NCBI GenBank assembly: GCA_002633005.1
Contig: NMRA01000175.1
Span: forward strand, 85,432 to 149,431
DNA length: 64,000 nucleotides
Reading direction: 5' to 3'
From: Phoronis australis
Lineage: Eukaryota > Animalia > Phoronida
Below the pieces are notes generated by a model. The model ran no database searches and was not told where the DNA came from. It was given only the letters and a program-made list of their open reading frames with translations. Positions 52,501-62,884 of the stretch are shown here, piece after piece; the stretch's first letter is position 1, and each line of letters begins with the position of its first letter. A program made the translations under genes and the position numbers.

Positions 52501-55500
52501 CAATAAAAGATTTCTGCCCCAACTGGAGACTTATATTAATTAGGTCATGTGATGTCACCGTTTGTTATCCCGAAAATAATGGTAGATCTCATAATTTTGC
52601 AACAAGAAGCAGTTCTTGCCACTTCAAACAACTAACACACACAAAGGTAATGGAACAGTCATGTTATTTGCAGGCAGTCATCGACGAAATAATGCAGAAA
52701 GCTTCCTTGCTACTTTGGCTGCATTAACTCAAACACCGGCCCATATTAAAGACTCAGCACTAACTTTGCCTTGTTAACCCAAGGTGCTAATGGGCTAATT
52801 CAAGATTAGTGCTTATTCAGCACCAGGCACTTAATCAAGCCAAGACGACACTCCTAATGGAAACACAGGAACAGAATATAGGACAATACATTGAAGTGAC
52901 TGTGGCTTAAAGCTGCATTTTTACTTCACTTACCGCCACCAGTTTAGACCCGTCCTTTTTCCACGCCATCACAGTGACTGTGTACAAGTTAGGAATCTCC
53001 TTAGGAGTAGCTTCATCCCATACAGCCTTACGTGGACTCCAATTGAGAATTCGCAATCTGAAATATACAGTGTTTCGTGTGGTCAGAGAGCACACACACA
53101 CACTGTGTGCGTTAATCTCCAGTCACTGCTCAATCTCACACCCACTTTCACGTATTCCTGTAGTTGGGCTTCTCATTGCACAAAGCCCACCAAATAAGGA
53201 GGTAATCATGCATTCCCTATACAGATTGCTCAAATAGTGTGTTGGCAAGGCAACTGCAATCTATTTTGCATGGCATGTATAGAACCATCCATCACATGAG
53301 CAGGTCCCTTTAACATTGCTCAATAAATTGGAAAATTTCAACAGATTCAATGGACTGTATTGCATCGGTATTCGGGCGTTCACTAAAGGATACAGCATGG
53401 ACAAACCTCGGTGAGTATATTTGGAAACTTGGGTTTACCACGTCCATGTGAACTTCATGTTCAAGAGATTATAGAACGTGGTAGACAAAAACCTTCAATT
53501 ATATCACAATCACTATCTTCTTCTGTGTGGAGCAGGGCAATTACTGCATTAGCGATGACGTCAACGTAATAAAATACTGGCTGAAATAAATTTAACTATC
53601 GTGGACTAAAACTGGTAATTTTCCAATCTGACTTCTGAAATTCAATGCCTTGTGAAAAGTTATGGTGGAAATGTTTTTTCCAAAGAAATAGAAAAAATAT
53701 TAGCCAAAAGCCATGTCATAGTTTATGTTTTGTTGACCAAGGAATGAGGTCGTTGGTTTTTGACTAGTGAACTTCTTAATCAACAAAAGATCGCGAGAAC
53801 GCTTCCAAAAAGACTAGCCTAAGGCTGTTACCAGATCTTCAATACCTTATTTGTTAGGAGTTGAAACTGTACAGGTGATATTTGTAATGTTTTTAAAAAG
53901 TCGACAAGTTCTTCAGAATTCATCGAAGACGAGATGCAAACTCAGATAGAAAACAGATGAATGATGAATCTAAATCTTTGAAGATCAGCTTAACGTCTTG
54001 CATCAATGTTTTGATGAGAACACATCTGAGGGCGGTTGCATGAAACAGTCCCAATAATGACTCAGCTATGCTGATTCCATAAAGTTCCAGGCACTGTGGA
54101 CTTAGCACAAACATTGAATGTCCTTTTTTCAGTTATTTTATCTCTAATGTACTACATCAAGTTTAAGCTTTGAATACTTAACAAAAATATACAGGAACAT
54201 TTGCATATAACGTCCCTAACTTATAAGGGCCCAGTTTTCAGACATCTTAAAGAAAATGTTTTAAGCACAGCAGGAGCTCACAACTGTATAGCATTAGTAA
54301 GTAAACAAAGTCTACACCTGCACTGAAAATTTAGGGAACATCGCTGAGTCGTTACTGAGACTATTTCATACAACTGGCCACTGGTATTTTTTGAAAACCA
54401 CTGCTGTGTCTACCTGTCAAAGCTGCCAATGACAACTGACTGTCCGCTGGGACTACACACAGCTGTTGTAAACTCTCTCTCGTCATCGTCACGGCTGTAA
54501 TCAAATTGTTGGATGACGCGCCCGTCACGGCCGTAGGCGACAATGCGCTTGTCACAACCAGCAGCTACGATGGAGTTTGTGGCCCAGGCCAGAGCGTAGG
54601 GTGGACAAGAGTGGACAGTCACCTTACCCTGGAGAAAAGCAGCCATTGATTACATCAGAGTATCACCATGATGTCAGTAACAGTACATGCAGCTCTACTT
54701 TTGGAATACAGCAAGCAAATTTAAGCAATCACATAGTTTACTTTTTGGCAACAAATTTCACACAATGTGGCTGCTCAAAAGCGGACAATTTTCCAGTAGT
54801 TTCTAGTTGTACAGTCTCAGACTTGGAATGGGTCAAACTTCAAAATGAGAGAAAAGACTTTCAGGATAAGATGTTTTTGGCAGGTATGGGATGGTTAAAT
54901 CTAATTCTTACACAATTCCTAGACTATGGACTCCCTGTCAAAGTCTCGGGACGTTTAAAAGCCAATAATGCAAAAATCTAATAATTTATGTTCATCACAC
55001 ATTTTAAGCCCCACGTTACAGGAACTACAAAGTCGTGTGTTTCATATGTGGGTCACATCCTTTCTTTACTTACAAACAAAAAGCAATGTTTTTATTTGCA
55101 TCCTTCTGTCAATTCAAATATAATGTTAATGCTCCTATAACTGACAAACTTCACACGTTCTGTGCGAAATTTATGTTTTATATGAATCCAGCCAACAAGT
55201 TTTACACAGACTAACATCTATTGCAGCTGCAATCAATTGTTTTGAGCACTGCTTGCCATGAACATAGTCAACATGACTACACCACAGCCATTCTTTGTCA
55301 TACACTCAAGTTAAGACAAAGCATAAATACAGGCTTGAAAATTAGGAATTCCACCGAAAATAACATAGGTATTCAACAAGCGAAAACAAGTTCATATTCA
55401 AACTCTCTCCGCTGCAAGCCAACAGAGTAATGGAACATACATGACCACATTGTCAACGCACCTGGGAGTCACCGCACCCTTCATCGTCAAAGAAGAATCT

Positions 55501-58500
55501 GACAATGGACCCATCAGCATGACCAGTCAGGATGCCTTTACCAGATGGGCTGTAATAGAAATGGAAAGGATGCTGTGGTTACTGTATTCTGCAGTAAAGA
55601 CACAAATAATGTGGCCAGGAGAGTCGTATAACAAAGGCGTGTTCATGTAGTTCTAACATTCCTGTCAGTGAGCTTCAACGCTTCTGCTCACTGCACGGAA
55701 AATACCAATATTTTCAACTACGTAAATCAATACATTCACAGAAATCAGTACAAGAAAAAGGTAATTATTTCTACAGTGTTGTGAACAAAAAAACAAGACT
55801 TGAGCACTGTGCACACTAACTCCTTACTTCTGTGAATCTGATCACAGCTCTCAAAGCAAGCTACAAAGTCTCCATGTTTTTTAAACACACAGTTAAACTT
55901 TTCGTCAGCATGTAACCGCATGGGAAACTAACAACAGCTACCCTGCACTTACTTTGGACAGATGGACACAACATAGGACTCTGCATTATACAGGGGAGAC
56001 GACTTGTTATTCTTCGTGTTAGCCACTCGCACTTTGCCGTCTGCCTGACCAAACACAATGTTATGATCAGGCAGCCATATTAGACATGTACAGGCACTTT
56101 GCAGGACAAACTTGTTCACAATGCTTTTCTTCTCACCCCTGCGGCACAAAAAGGCAAAATGTTATGGTACAACTCATTAAATCTAATCCCACAATTACTT
56201 ATACTCACAAGGTAAACTCAGAGTCCACAATTTGTAGTTCTAATTGATCAAAAATTACTTTGTTAACACATGACTTGACTCTCACAATTACAGTCGCCTG
56301 TATAACTTCTTGTAAAGTGTTAACAGTTTCGCTAGTTTACATTTACTATAATCCCTTCTTTTAAGAAAGTACAATAAATTGTGGAAAACTGAACAGCAAT
56401 AGTCAGCATTTGTTAATTTGAACCCCAAGAGTGAAACCCAAAAACTGAATCAGTAAATTTCAGTCTACCTTTAGTTAGCATCCATACAATGGGATTACCA
56501 ATGCCACGAGCGACTGTCAACCCAAACAATGGGACCATCAATGCCATGAGAGACCGTCAATCCATACAATGGGATTACCAATGCCACGAGAGACTGTCAA
56601 GGCAATCAAGTAAAGTGGCTGACGAATCCATTGGGAAGCTAACTTACCATTCGTCACCGATCTTGTAGACAAAGATAATGTTGTCAGTCTGTCCGACAGC
56701 TATCTTGGTCGAGTCAGGTGAAAACGCCAGTCCTTTCACCATGTAACTTTTCTTCCCATACTAAAAGTGAACATAGGAAAGGTTAGTGTCAGAGGAGAAT
56801 GCAAATTAATACTATCATAGGATTGCACTTAATTTGATTCACACGAAATATGCATAATGTGCTGTATTTCGTGACTCTGAAAGGCTAGCTACATTCAGTC
56901 ACAAATGCGAAAACGTTGATACATACACTGGCCACAGATTCTTCGCAGAGTATAAGTAACAATAAATGACCCAATTTCTGGTTTTTGAGTTTTCCATCCA
57001 TGTAACAGTTCATCAGTCACTCTGTTAAGTGACCAATTTCTACCTTTTTACAAAAGCAATACCACTCCCATGTACCAACCCTGAACCTGAAAATTCTGTA
57101 CTGAAAATTAAAGTTGTATTAAAGTCTTGTAGTCATTGTGTTTAACAAGAAATGTGCGTTGGTTAGCTGGGTTTGTTGACGTTTATGGAAGCAGTTGGTT
57201 GTAACATGCAAGAACTGCTGCATTGAAACAATCCTCAGCATTGTCCGACTATTTGTGGTAACTTATGTAATACCTAGATTTGACGAAATTAAGCACAAAC
57301 ACTTGCTTTTCAGCCATAGCTTTTTATTTTTTGATGGTAATCAATCATAAGCCTATCAGTAGAAAATTGGACCACTATTTTCCATGGACTTTTTGTCTCT
57401 CTTCTTTGCTCTTTTTATTTTTTGTCAAATGTCCAGAATTTCTTGATCAAATGCCGGTGTTCTCCACAACTGAAAACCCAAATGTGTCGGAAACTCGCAA
57501 GCGTCAAAAAAACGTACCGAAGGCATGCAACGACTGGCGTTCTCTGTAGTGCAAAAGTACTTCCTTTGCACTATCTAAGTGCACATGTACCTGCTTCGAT
57601 GCTAAATGTATATTGGGTGTCAAAATAGGGGAAAATAGTAACACAGAAAAACAACATTTGATGAACATTTCACATTTAAAAACTGATAACTAGTTGACAA
57701 CTTATTTACAAATAAATAGATAACATTTTTTATTTGTAACCATTGCTCAGTGGTGTTCACCACGTGACAAAATCTAAACGTGCCATGGGGCCATCAAAAT
57801 GTGTCGTGGGCCACGCAAACATGTCGCAAATACTGGCACACAGGTTACGGTGACATGTTCAAACAGGTCGTTTTACAAAAATGCACAATACATGTCACTA
57901 GAGACTCACAGCATGGGCCTCACCTGAGGGGAAAGGTGTACATGCCTTCTGAGACAGGAATTGTTCTAGTTGAGGAGAGAAAATTTCCCCCTCCCTGCCC
58001 CAGGTCACCACCAATGACCTTGAGGTAAATTTTCAGCCTGGTGAAAAGAATTTTCATAGGTAATAGAGCATATTCAGCCCCCATCGAGGGGCCCATGCAG
58101 AACACAGAAACACATCTGGCTTACCTTAGAATCAACAGGCTTGGTGGAGAACTTGTCCCTCTTTTCTCCCTGCTCATCGAATAACACTATAACGCGATCA
58201 GCTGTGCATACTGCCAGCTTGTGATTGTTGGGAGAGAATGCTATTGCCGTCACCTTGAACTCACCCTCCTATCAACAAACACAAGGTCACATGAGTGTTT
58301 GAAAATGAAGCACAACTGCGTGAGGGAAAACGTACTTCAATTTAACTCAACCCAGGTAATCTCAATTTCATTTTACATGCTTAGATGATTCTTAAATTAA
58401 AACCCACCATATAATCCCACAAATAACTGCAGCCACCTGTATGCAGAACAATGCGTTTAATGAGCAAGACTTTTCCACTCAAATGTTCCGCATACAGACA

Positions 58501-60604
58501 CATGTGCCTAAGTTATTCAATAAGGCACAAGTGGTGATTCGATTAAAGGCACACCTTCATCTTTTCTAAATACACTACCAAACCATTTTACTTCACAAAG
58601 CATGTGTCGTCAGTGACACTCCGGGCGAAATAAAAAGGCCAGAAAAATGGTTAGGTACTAAAAATATAATTTTAAAACTCATAGGTGTAGTTTTAAGAAA
58701 ACTTTTAGCCTTGAACTATTAATAAAAGAACACTTGGTTCCTACTCAAATGTCCTGCATGTAGGCGCATACGCCACAGGTGCTCAAATAGGCACAGCCCC
58801 ACAATTAGGTACATGCACTCAATTGTGGGATTACAGGGTATTTGTTTTTAAAATGTTGCAAAGTGACATACATAACAAAAACATGACACATGTGCATCTG
58901 AAAAATTCACTAGCTGATTAGAGCAAAAGTAGATAAACTTAAGAATTAAGAGAATACTTTCTACGTAATGTAAAGAAACCTGGAAAGGAACTTTCATGCT
59001 GCTAGTGAAATAATATTTTGTTGAAAAGCAAATTATAATGAAAAGAAAGTCTACAGACAAAAGATCTACACTAAATAGTACAGAGCACACGATCACAACA
59101 TCTAGAAAAAAGGGGCATTAGCTCACCGACGAACTTCAAGTCTTCCAGTCACTTAAAACAGCTATAAACCACGTTCCATCCAAGAAACAAACTTTTGATT
59201 TAGGGAACTTACTGCTATAAAATTGGTTTTAACTTGGTGGTGCTCACATGAGAAGTGAGTTTGCAAAGAAACAAATTGCTGAATCTAAAATGTAACGGTA
59301 TACAGATTTCTTGCATAGTTTTTGGGGAACAGCACGAATCGACTTACTTGGCTGGCAACTGGCGACAAGATTAATTGTTATGTGGAATCTATTGACCAAT
59401 GGGACGGCAGAAAAGTTTGTTCGGTGAATAGCAAAAATTTGCCAATTTGGCCGCTTTATATGGTGAATAGTCACGTTTCTTTCATGACAGGAAGATCTGA
59501 AAGTCTTATCAGCAAAATCATATCATTATCAAAAGAGTACAGAGCGACAGAACTTGTACTTACAAAGTTGAAATCCTGGATTATGAATATAATTAAAGGA
59601 CATCCAGTTAGAACTCAAATAAACAACATGCACTATTTTCATTGACTAAAAAGGTTAAACAATAAAAAAATGTCTCGACATGCAGTGTGAATTCACCATT
59701 ACACAAGCTTTAAGCAATTTAGTCTAATAATCAAGCTTATTACAGATGCAATATATTGAAGCCAAATTTTGCAAAATAAATGACATCAAAAGCAGTAATT
59801 AGCAAAAATTTAAAAGCAAGTCTTGAAATTTGAAATTCCTAACTCAGACACTACCTAAACTACATGTGTACCAAGACCAAGAGGACTGCAATTTCTCCGG
59901 TGAAGCAAATTATTTGAGATCTGTCATAAGCCCACTCAAGTCACAAAGAAATCTCTGACCAGTGTCTGACTGAGTGAGCTGCTGAGCATCAATTCATAAA
60001 CACAAACTGATTTCGACTCGTCACTGCCTTTCACAGTGAGTTGAGTTTGGCTTACTTGTGTTGAGTTTGAAACCAATGCAACGAGTTTGGAAACCAATGC
60101 AACAAGTTTGAAGTATTAGATTTGCCATTTCTTCAGCAAATAAAATTTTTTTTGACTTTTGATACCACATCATTTCATTTGTTGTTACGCTTAACGCACT
60201 GACTCTACAAGGACAGTATGGACATGGAGTTTTAGTTTAAATTTTGTATACACCGAGTTTGGCAATTTCCGTCGAATTATAGCTTTCTGATATGTGATAT
60301 GGAGAGCACCGAAACAGCGTAAAACGTCTCAGATCAAAGTAGGTGGAAAAAAAGCATATACAGTACAGTTGCAAAATCAATCTTTAAATACATTTTCACC
60401 TAGATCGCCACTAAGTTTGGCTGGTAAGAGAAGCTGAAATTGGCTTCAGCTTCAGATTCAAGAGACGGATTGCTAGGGAAGCCGTCAATATTAATTTCCG
60501 TTGCTGAGGAAAATTGAAGCCTAAAACAGGCAGAAATGTGGTGAAACACCAAGTTATATGTATACCTGAGGACTCATTAGAGTGTTGAGATGCTTCAACT
60601 GCAT
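25480..60604 (-). CDS. IFT172: Intraflagellar transport protein 172 (IFT-B), full gene span, 39 coding exons, 1752 aa
   Basis: Hand-spliced exons give a continuous 5259-nt frame from [13 protein letters not shown] to [14 protein letters not shown]. It is colinear with metazoan IFT172 (WD40 propellers then TPR-like solenoid). All 38 introns are GT-AG and phases are consistent. Confidence 0.97.
26195..26286 (-). CDS. IFT172: IFT172 exon 38
   Basis: [30 protein letters not shown]. Confidence 0.95.
26585..26738 (-). CDS. IFT172: IFT172 exon 37
   Basis: [25 protein letters not shown]...[10 protein letters not shown]. Confidence 0.95.
26962..27060 (-). CDS. IFT172: IFT172 exon 36
   Basis: [33 protein letters not shown]. 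Confidence 0.95.
27657..28434 (+). pseudogene. THAP (C2CH zinc finger) domain relic interrupted by a MITE
   Basis: After removing 27705-28156 and one target copy it reads [37 protein letters not shown]...[13 protein letters not shown], matching the THAP C-x4-C...P...W...C-xx-HF pattern. The likely ATG at 27657 is out of frame and no DDE domain was recognised. Confidence 0.75.
27705..28156. mobile_element. MITE, CAGGG..CCCTG termini (hAT-like), copy 1, nested in THAP ORF
   Basis: 13-bp TIR CAGGGCTTGGAAT/ATTCCAAGCCCTG; flanks ATTAAG/ATGAAG; highly similar to 33637-34119. Confidence 0.85.
29066..29227. repeat. 56-bp GC-rich tandem repeat (~2.8 copies) inside the Kolobok-like element
   Basis: GGTTCC starts at 29086, 29142 and 29198. 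Confidence 0.9.
29761..29820 (-). CDS. IFT172: IFT172 exon 35
   Basis: [20 protein letters not shown]. Confidence 0.95.
30181..30396 (-). CDS. IFT172: IFT172 exon 34
   Basis: [18 protein letters not shown]...LSVSLLRHT...[12 protein letters not shown]. Confidence 0.95.
30935..31162 (-). CDS. IFT172: IFT172 exon 33
   Basis: [20 protein letters not shown]...[11 protein letters not shown]. Confidence 0.95.
31520..31609 (-). CDS. IFT172: IFT172 exon 32
   Basis: [30 protein letters not shown]. Confidence 0.94.
31739..31991. mobile_element. Tc1/mariner-type MITE copy B, IFT172 intron 31
   Basis: TA|CAGTACA...TGTACTG|TA, TA target duplication. Confidence 0.75.
32353..32416 (-). CDS. IFT172: IFT172 exon 31
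   Basis: [21 protein letters not shown]. Confidence 0.94.
32837..33046. mobile_element. MITE-like element (GGGGT..ACCCC ends), IFT172 intron 30
   Basis: GGGGTACGTTTCATCAAA / TTTTATAAAACAGACCCC imperfect TIR, resembling ends of 24506-24779. Confidence 0.45.
33299..33408 (-). CDS. IFT172: IFT172 exon 30
   Basis: [36 protein letters not shown]. Confidence 0.95.
33637..34119. mobile_element. MITE, CAGGG..CCCTG termini (hAT-like), copy 2, IFT172 intron 29
   Basis: Same TIRs and internal sequence as 27705-28156; flanks AGTTAT/TGTTAT. Confidence 0.85.
34227..34325 (-). CDS. IFT172: IFT172 exon 29
   Basis: [33 protein letters not shown]. Confidence 0.93.
34738..34873 (-). CDS. IFT172: IFT172 exon 28
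   Basis: [28 protein letters not shown]...EKCWVK. Confidence 0.95.
35588..35697 (-). CDS. IFT172: IFT172 exon 27
   Basis: [36 protein letters not shown]. Confidence 0.95.
35753..36183. mobile_element. Tc1/mariner-type MITE copy C (longer, opposite orientation), IFT172 intron 26
   Basis: TA|CAGTACAAG...CTTGTACTG|TA; ends match copies A and B. Confidence 0.7.
36733..36913 (-). CDS. IFT172: IFT172 exon 26
   Basis: [22 protein letters not shown]...[13 protein letters not shown]. Confidence 0.95.
37259..37417 (-). CDS. IFT172: IFT172 exon 25
   Basis: [52 protein letters not shown]. Confidence 0.95.
37694..37873. mobile_element. ~180-bp MITE with ~31-bp TIRs and TA flanks, IFT172 intron 24
   Basis: CACCTTATTCATGCCGTCGCCATTTTAAAAG ... 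CTTTTAAAATGGCGACTGCGTGAATAAGGTC, TA on both sides. Confidence 0.75.
38021..38163 (-). CDS. IFT172: IFT172 exon 24
   Basis: [47 protein letters not shown]. Confidence 0.95.
38465..38830. repeat. Degenerate 43-bp minisatellite with palindromic core, IFT172 intron 23
   Basis: CATGTCAC at 38679, 38722, 38765 and 38808; more decayed units extend leftward. Confidence 0.7.
38853..39105 (-). CDS. IFT172: IFT172 exon 23
   Basis: [17 protein letters not shown]...AWEEAYR. Confidence 0.95.
39528..39625 (-). CDS. IFT172: IFT172 exon 22
   Basis: [32 protein letters not shown]. Confidence 0.95.
39831..41188. mobile_element. 1.36-kb non-autonomous DNA transposon, CAGGG..CCCTG termini, 5-bp TSD (hAT5-like), IFT172 intron 21
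   Basis: 12-bp TIR CAGGGCTCAACA/TGTTGAGCCCTG; ATGAA directly on both sides; subterminal TTGCCCG repeats at both ends; no transposase ORF recognised. Confidence 0.8.
41937..42171 (-). CDS. IFT172: IFT172 exon 21
   Basis: [19 protein letters not shown]...GKWEEAHR. Confidence 0.95.
42385..42505 (-). CDS. IFT172: IFT172 exon 20
   Basis: [39 protein letters not shown]. Confidence 0.95.
43242..43471. mobile_element. Tc1/mariner-type MITE copy D (degenerate), IFT172 intron 19
   Basis: GGAAATGGTATTTTGTCA...GTACTG|TA shared with copy C; left end degenerate. Confidence 0.6.
43565..43643 (-). CDS. IFT172: IFT172 exon 19
   Basis: [26 protein letters not shown]. Confidence 0.95.
43985..44233 (-). CDS. 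IFT172: IFT172 exon 18
   Basis: [19 protein letters not shown]...[10 protein letters not shown]. Confidence 0.95.
44902..45072 (-). CDS. IFT172: IFT172 exon 17
   Basis: [17 protein letters not shown]...[13 protein letters not shown]. Confidence 0.95.
45494..45578 (-). CDS. IFT172: IFT172 exon 16
   Basis: [28 protein letters not shown]. Confidence 0.93.
46238..46345 (-). CDS. IFT172: IFT172 exon 15
   Basis: [35 protein letters not shown]. Confidence 0.95.
46680..46816 (-). CDS. IFT172: IFT172 exon 14
   Basis: [19 protein letters not shown]...[18 protein letters not shown]. Confidence 0.95.
47981..48053 (-). other. tRNA-derived relic (SINE head or tRNA pseudogene), IFT172 intron 13
   Basis: Minus strand has A-box-like TGGCCAAGTCAG and B-box-like GGTTCAAGATCC at tRNA spacing; stems do not pair well. 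Confidence 0.5.
48172..48339 (-). CDS. IFT172: IFT172 exon 13
   Basis: [35 protein letters not shown]...ERVTMFPIK. Confidence 0.95.
48295..48515 (-). repeat. ~89-bp tandem triplication of the exon 13 acceptor and first codons
   Basis: GAAGCTAG at 48336 and 48425; copies read [14 protein letters not shown] / [14 protein letters not shown] / [12 protein letters not shown]. Confidence 0.85.
48743..48855 (-). CDS. IFT172: IFT172 exon 12
   Basis: [37 protein letters not shown]. Confidence 0.95.
49681..49766 (-). CDS. IFT172: IFT172 exon 11
   Basis: [28 protein letters not shown]. Confidence 0.95.
50039..50142 (-). CDS. IFT172: IFT172 exon 10
   Basis: [34 protein letters not shown]. Confidence 0.95.
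50744..50821. repeat. 28-bp tandem repeat (~2.7 copies)
   Basis: ATGTTGATAATCATTCCTCTCCAYTATA repeated. Confidence 0.85.
50949..51002 (-). CDS. IFT172: IFT172 exon 9
   Basis: [18 protein letters not shown]. Confidence 0.93.
51089..51652. mobile_element. Kolobok-like non-autonomous element, IFT172 intron 8
   Basis: 11-bp TIR GGTTAGGTAGG/CCTACCTAACC; flanks TGAA / TTAA; interior resembles 8040-8450 and 9230-9665. Confidence 0.65.
52050..52307 (-). CDS. IFT172: IFT172 exon 8
   Basis: [16 protein letters not shown]...[10 protein letters not shown]. Confidence 0.95.
52934..53057 (-). CDS. IFT172: IFT172 exon 7
   Basis: [41 protein letters not shown]. Confidence 0.95.
54414..54628 (-). CDS. IFT172: IFT172 exon 6
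   Basis: [26 protein letters not shown]...SVVIGSFD. Confidence 0.95.
55462..55549 (-). CDS. IFT172: IFT172 exon 5
   Basis: [29 protein letters not shown]. Confidence 0.95.
55953..56138 (-). CDS. IFT172: IFT172 exon 4
   Basis: [10 protein letters not shown]...[28 protein letters not shown]. Confidence 0.95.
56481..56600. repeat. 40-bp tandem repeat, 3 copies, IFT172 intron 3
   Basis: TCCATACAATGGGATTACCAATGCCACGAG.. at 56481, 56521 and 56561. Confidence 0.9.
56648..56760 (-). CDS. IFT172: IFT172 exon 3
   Basis: [38 protein letters not shown]. Confidence 0.95.
58125..58268 (-). CDS. IFT172: IFT172 exon 2
   Basis: [25 protein letters not shown]...[10 protein letters not shown]; AG/GT bounded. 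Confidence 0.93.
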
Positions 60605-61000
60605 TGTTGCTCGCGATCTTGATAACTATACTGCCATAAACTTTCACAAATATGAACCGACTGTTCGCTGTTTTCATTCAAGTGCAGGAATTTCGCAGTG
60701 CCTCGTTTTGAAAATGAATCTACTGTTGCGTCCTCTGTCGGAAGATATCTCAAAGAGGTCGCACAAAGACCGTAGAGAGAGAGAGAGCAAGACAAACCAC
60801 CTAGCGAAATCCCATTGGACGGCCACCGGCGGCCATTGTTGTTTCATGGACCGTAGAGACATCTAGCAGACGTGTGTGCAATAAACAAATATAGCAAGAC
60901 ATGACGGGCTCCAGTCGGTAAAAAGCAACGGTGCTTTTTACAATTCCTGCGTCTGCAGCAACAGTTAACTGAAAATTCGTGACTTATGCTTTTTTGCTTC
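60240..61000 (-). promoter_or_regulatory. Likely IFT172 promoter / first-exon region (CpG-enriched), with an imperfect X-box-like motif at 60500-60513
   Basis: Surrounds the ATG at 60604; CpG looks denser than in the introns; GTTGCTGAGGAAAA resembles the RFX X-box GTTRCY-NN-RGHAAC. TSS not determinable. Confidence 0.4.
60566..60604 (-). CDS. IFT172: IFT172 coding exon 1
   Basis: [13 protein letters not shown] followed by GT donor. Confidence 0.9.
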
Positions 61001-62884
61001 CCCACTGATTAAGATAAATGACGTTCACGTTTGAAACAAAGAATGTTTTTGTAGGAAACTGCTGCCAGTCAACCAGTGATGGACTGGGCAGTGATTTGAA
61101 CTTAATGGCTTTACTATTCCCTGCATTTGATCGCTTATATAGAAAATTATCGTTCATTGTTTGCATGATTTTGGGAACTACTGATTAGTTTATTCTATGC
61201 GCATGTATTACTTTCTTTCATTTCTTTCTGCAGTCTTAATACTTTTACTAGTTGACAAAGCTTAGTTTTTCGACATACGGGTTAGAATGGAGGCCACTAA
61301 ATAAGGTTTGGGACGGGATAAAAGTTTGAGTTTGAACTCGAAATTTCGAGTTTTACTCGAGTTTGTAGCGCAAATATAAGGGTCTTCAAGTGCAAACTTG
61401 GACTAGAAACTCATAGGAATAAACTATAATGCATTCGAGCACAGTCTGATAACCACTTATATTGAGTTCGTACAAAAGGAGCAGAGAAGAGAAATTGACA
61501 AATCCAATTCGAGTTCGTTTCGAGAGCAAAGACTAGAGACCGACCACTGGTTTTTCAGTAGCTAGCGATAGTTCAAATTTACCACGCTGTATCTTTGTTA
61601 TCTCTTCCATGCAGTTACCGGGCATTTTAAGAAACGTTAATTCTTGAAAACACCTTGCTCTCGTGTATCGAGATGGGACCCAGGGGATCTGTTAGCGGAC
61701 TTCACTACGTTCCTTAAATCTTCTCACCACTTTGTGGACTTTGCTTACTCACTTTGTTTACTCATTTATGGCATATTTTCTTGCCACTTCATCTTTATTA
61801 TAAGGCCCTCCTTTATTCATGACATTTTCTAATAATCTGAAAACTAGGCCCTAGTATTTTAAGGAAAAATATGTAGACGCCTCTTAAATTAGGACCATTC
61901 AATGAAAATAAGTTCAGCCCTGTTATTCATTTTCAATATAGTACTCTATAAGAATTCGACGTCGGTAAATTTACTCTCGATATGAATGTTAAAATGGACT
62001 AAATGGGGAAGATAAAATAGTAAAAGAGTTTGAGCAATGAAGGGAATGCAGAGTTCCTATTTCATTCAACCGGCTATTCTATTGAATCCCCCTAGTCAAT
62101 GGCTTTGTCTGTCAATTGCCAGAGAAACCAATGACACGCATATATATGGGGAGGCTATCTATTCTTGATTCTGGATAGGCGTCGAGTGTATTTTCATTAA
62201 TTGAATTAGCCTATACAAACTGCAAGGTTAGGACCATCACACAACCGTACTTCCCTAAAAACGACGTTCACGTACGTCTCTCGATCAATGCGACCAATTA
62301 CCAACCAAAGAATGGACTGCTTAAATTTTGCAGATTGGATGCAACGGACTTCGCGTTGCTGTCGTAGTACAAAACACTCAAAATGGGGCTAACCAGTATT
62401 TCATTCTACACATATAGAGCAAAACAAGCTATAGGCTAATTCAGTAAGGTCATTGACTTTCTTTCCAACCCGCATCGACTTCAGTGTTGAGTTGTTTAGT
62501 CGCCCTCAAAAATACCTTTATGAAACTATTTCTGTGATCTCATGTCCTCGGATGACCACACCACTTCCCTCGTTCCACCCAGTTTCCAAAAGTCCTTTAC
62601 TGTTAATGCGTTTTCCTGATTGCGGGAACTGTTTACCCAGTCTGGACCCACTGTCCCTCCAAGCCTGTTGCTTCCGTTGACTTGTTTTGGCAACACTTTT
62701 CTTACTCATTTTATTGATAACCGAGCCACAAGGAAAAAATTTTTTGCACTGATTCTGCCTACAACTGTGTGCTGTGATTGAAACCCACGTGATCACAGTT
62801 CCATTGAAGCACTTCAATGGTTTCTTTGTTAGGTTAACCCAGCTCCACACAGTAGGGGGCCGGTGCTTTCGACACTTCAAACTA

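Noticed and set aside
61335-61352. Perfect 18-bp palindrome AACTCGAAATTTCGAGTT as a regulatory site
   Set aside because: Embedded among related CTCGAG/GAGTTT repeats, probably a repeat remnant; no evidence of function
62453-62880. 120-aa and 75-aa ORFs as a third gene or divergent partner of IFT172
   Set aside because: No family resemblance, non-ATG starts, no convincing splice context
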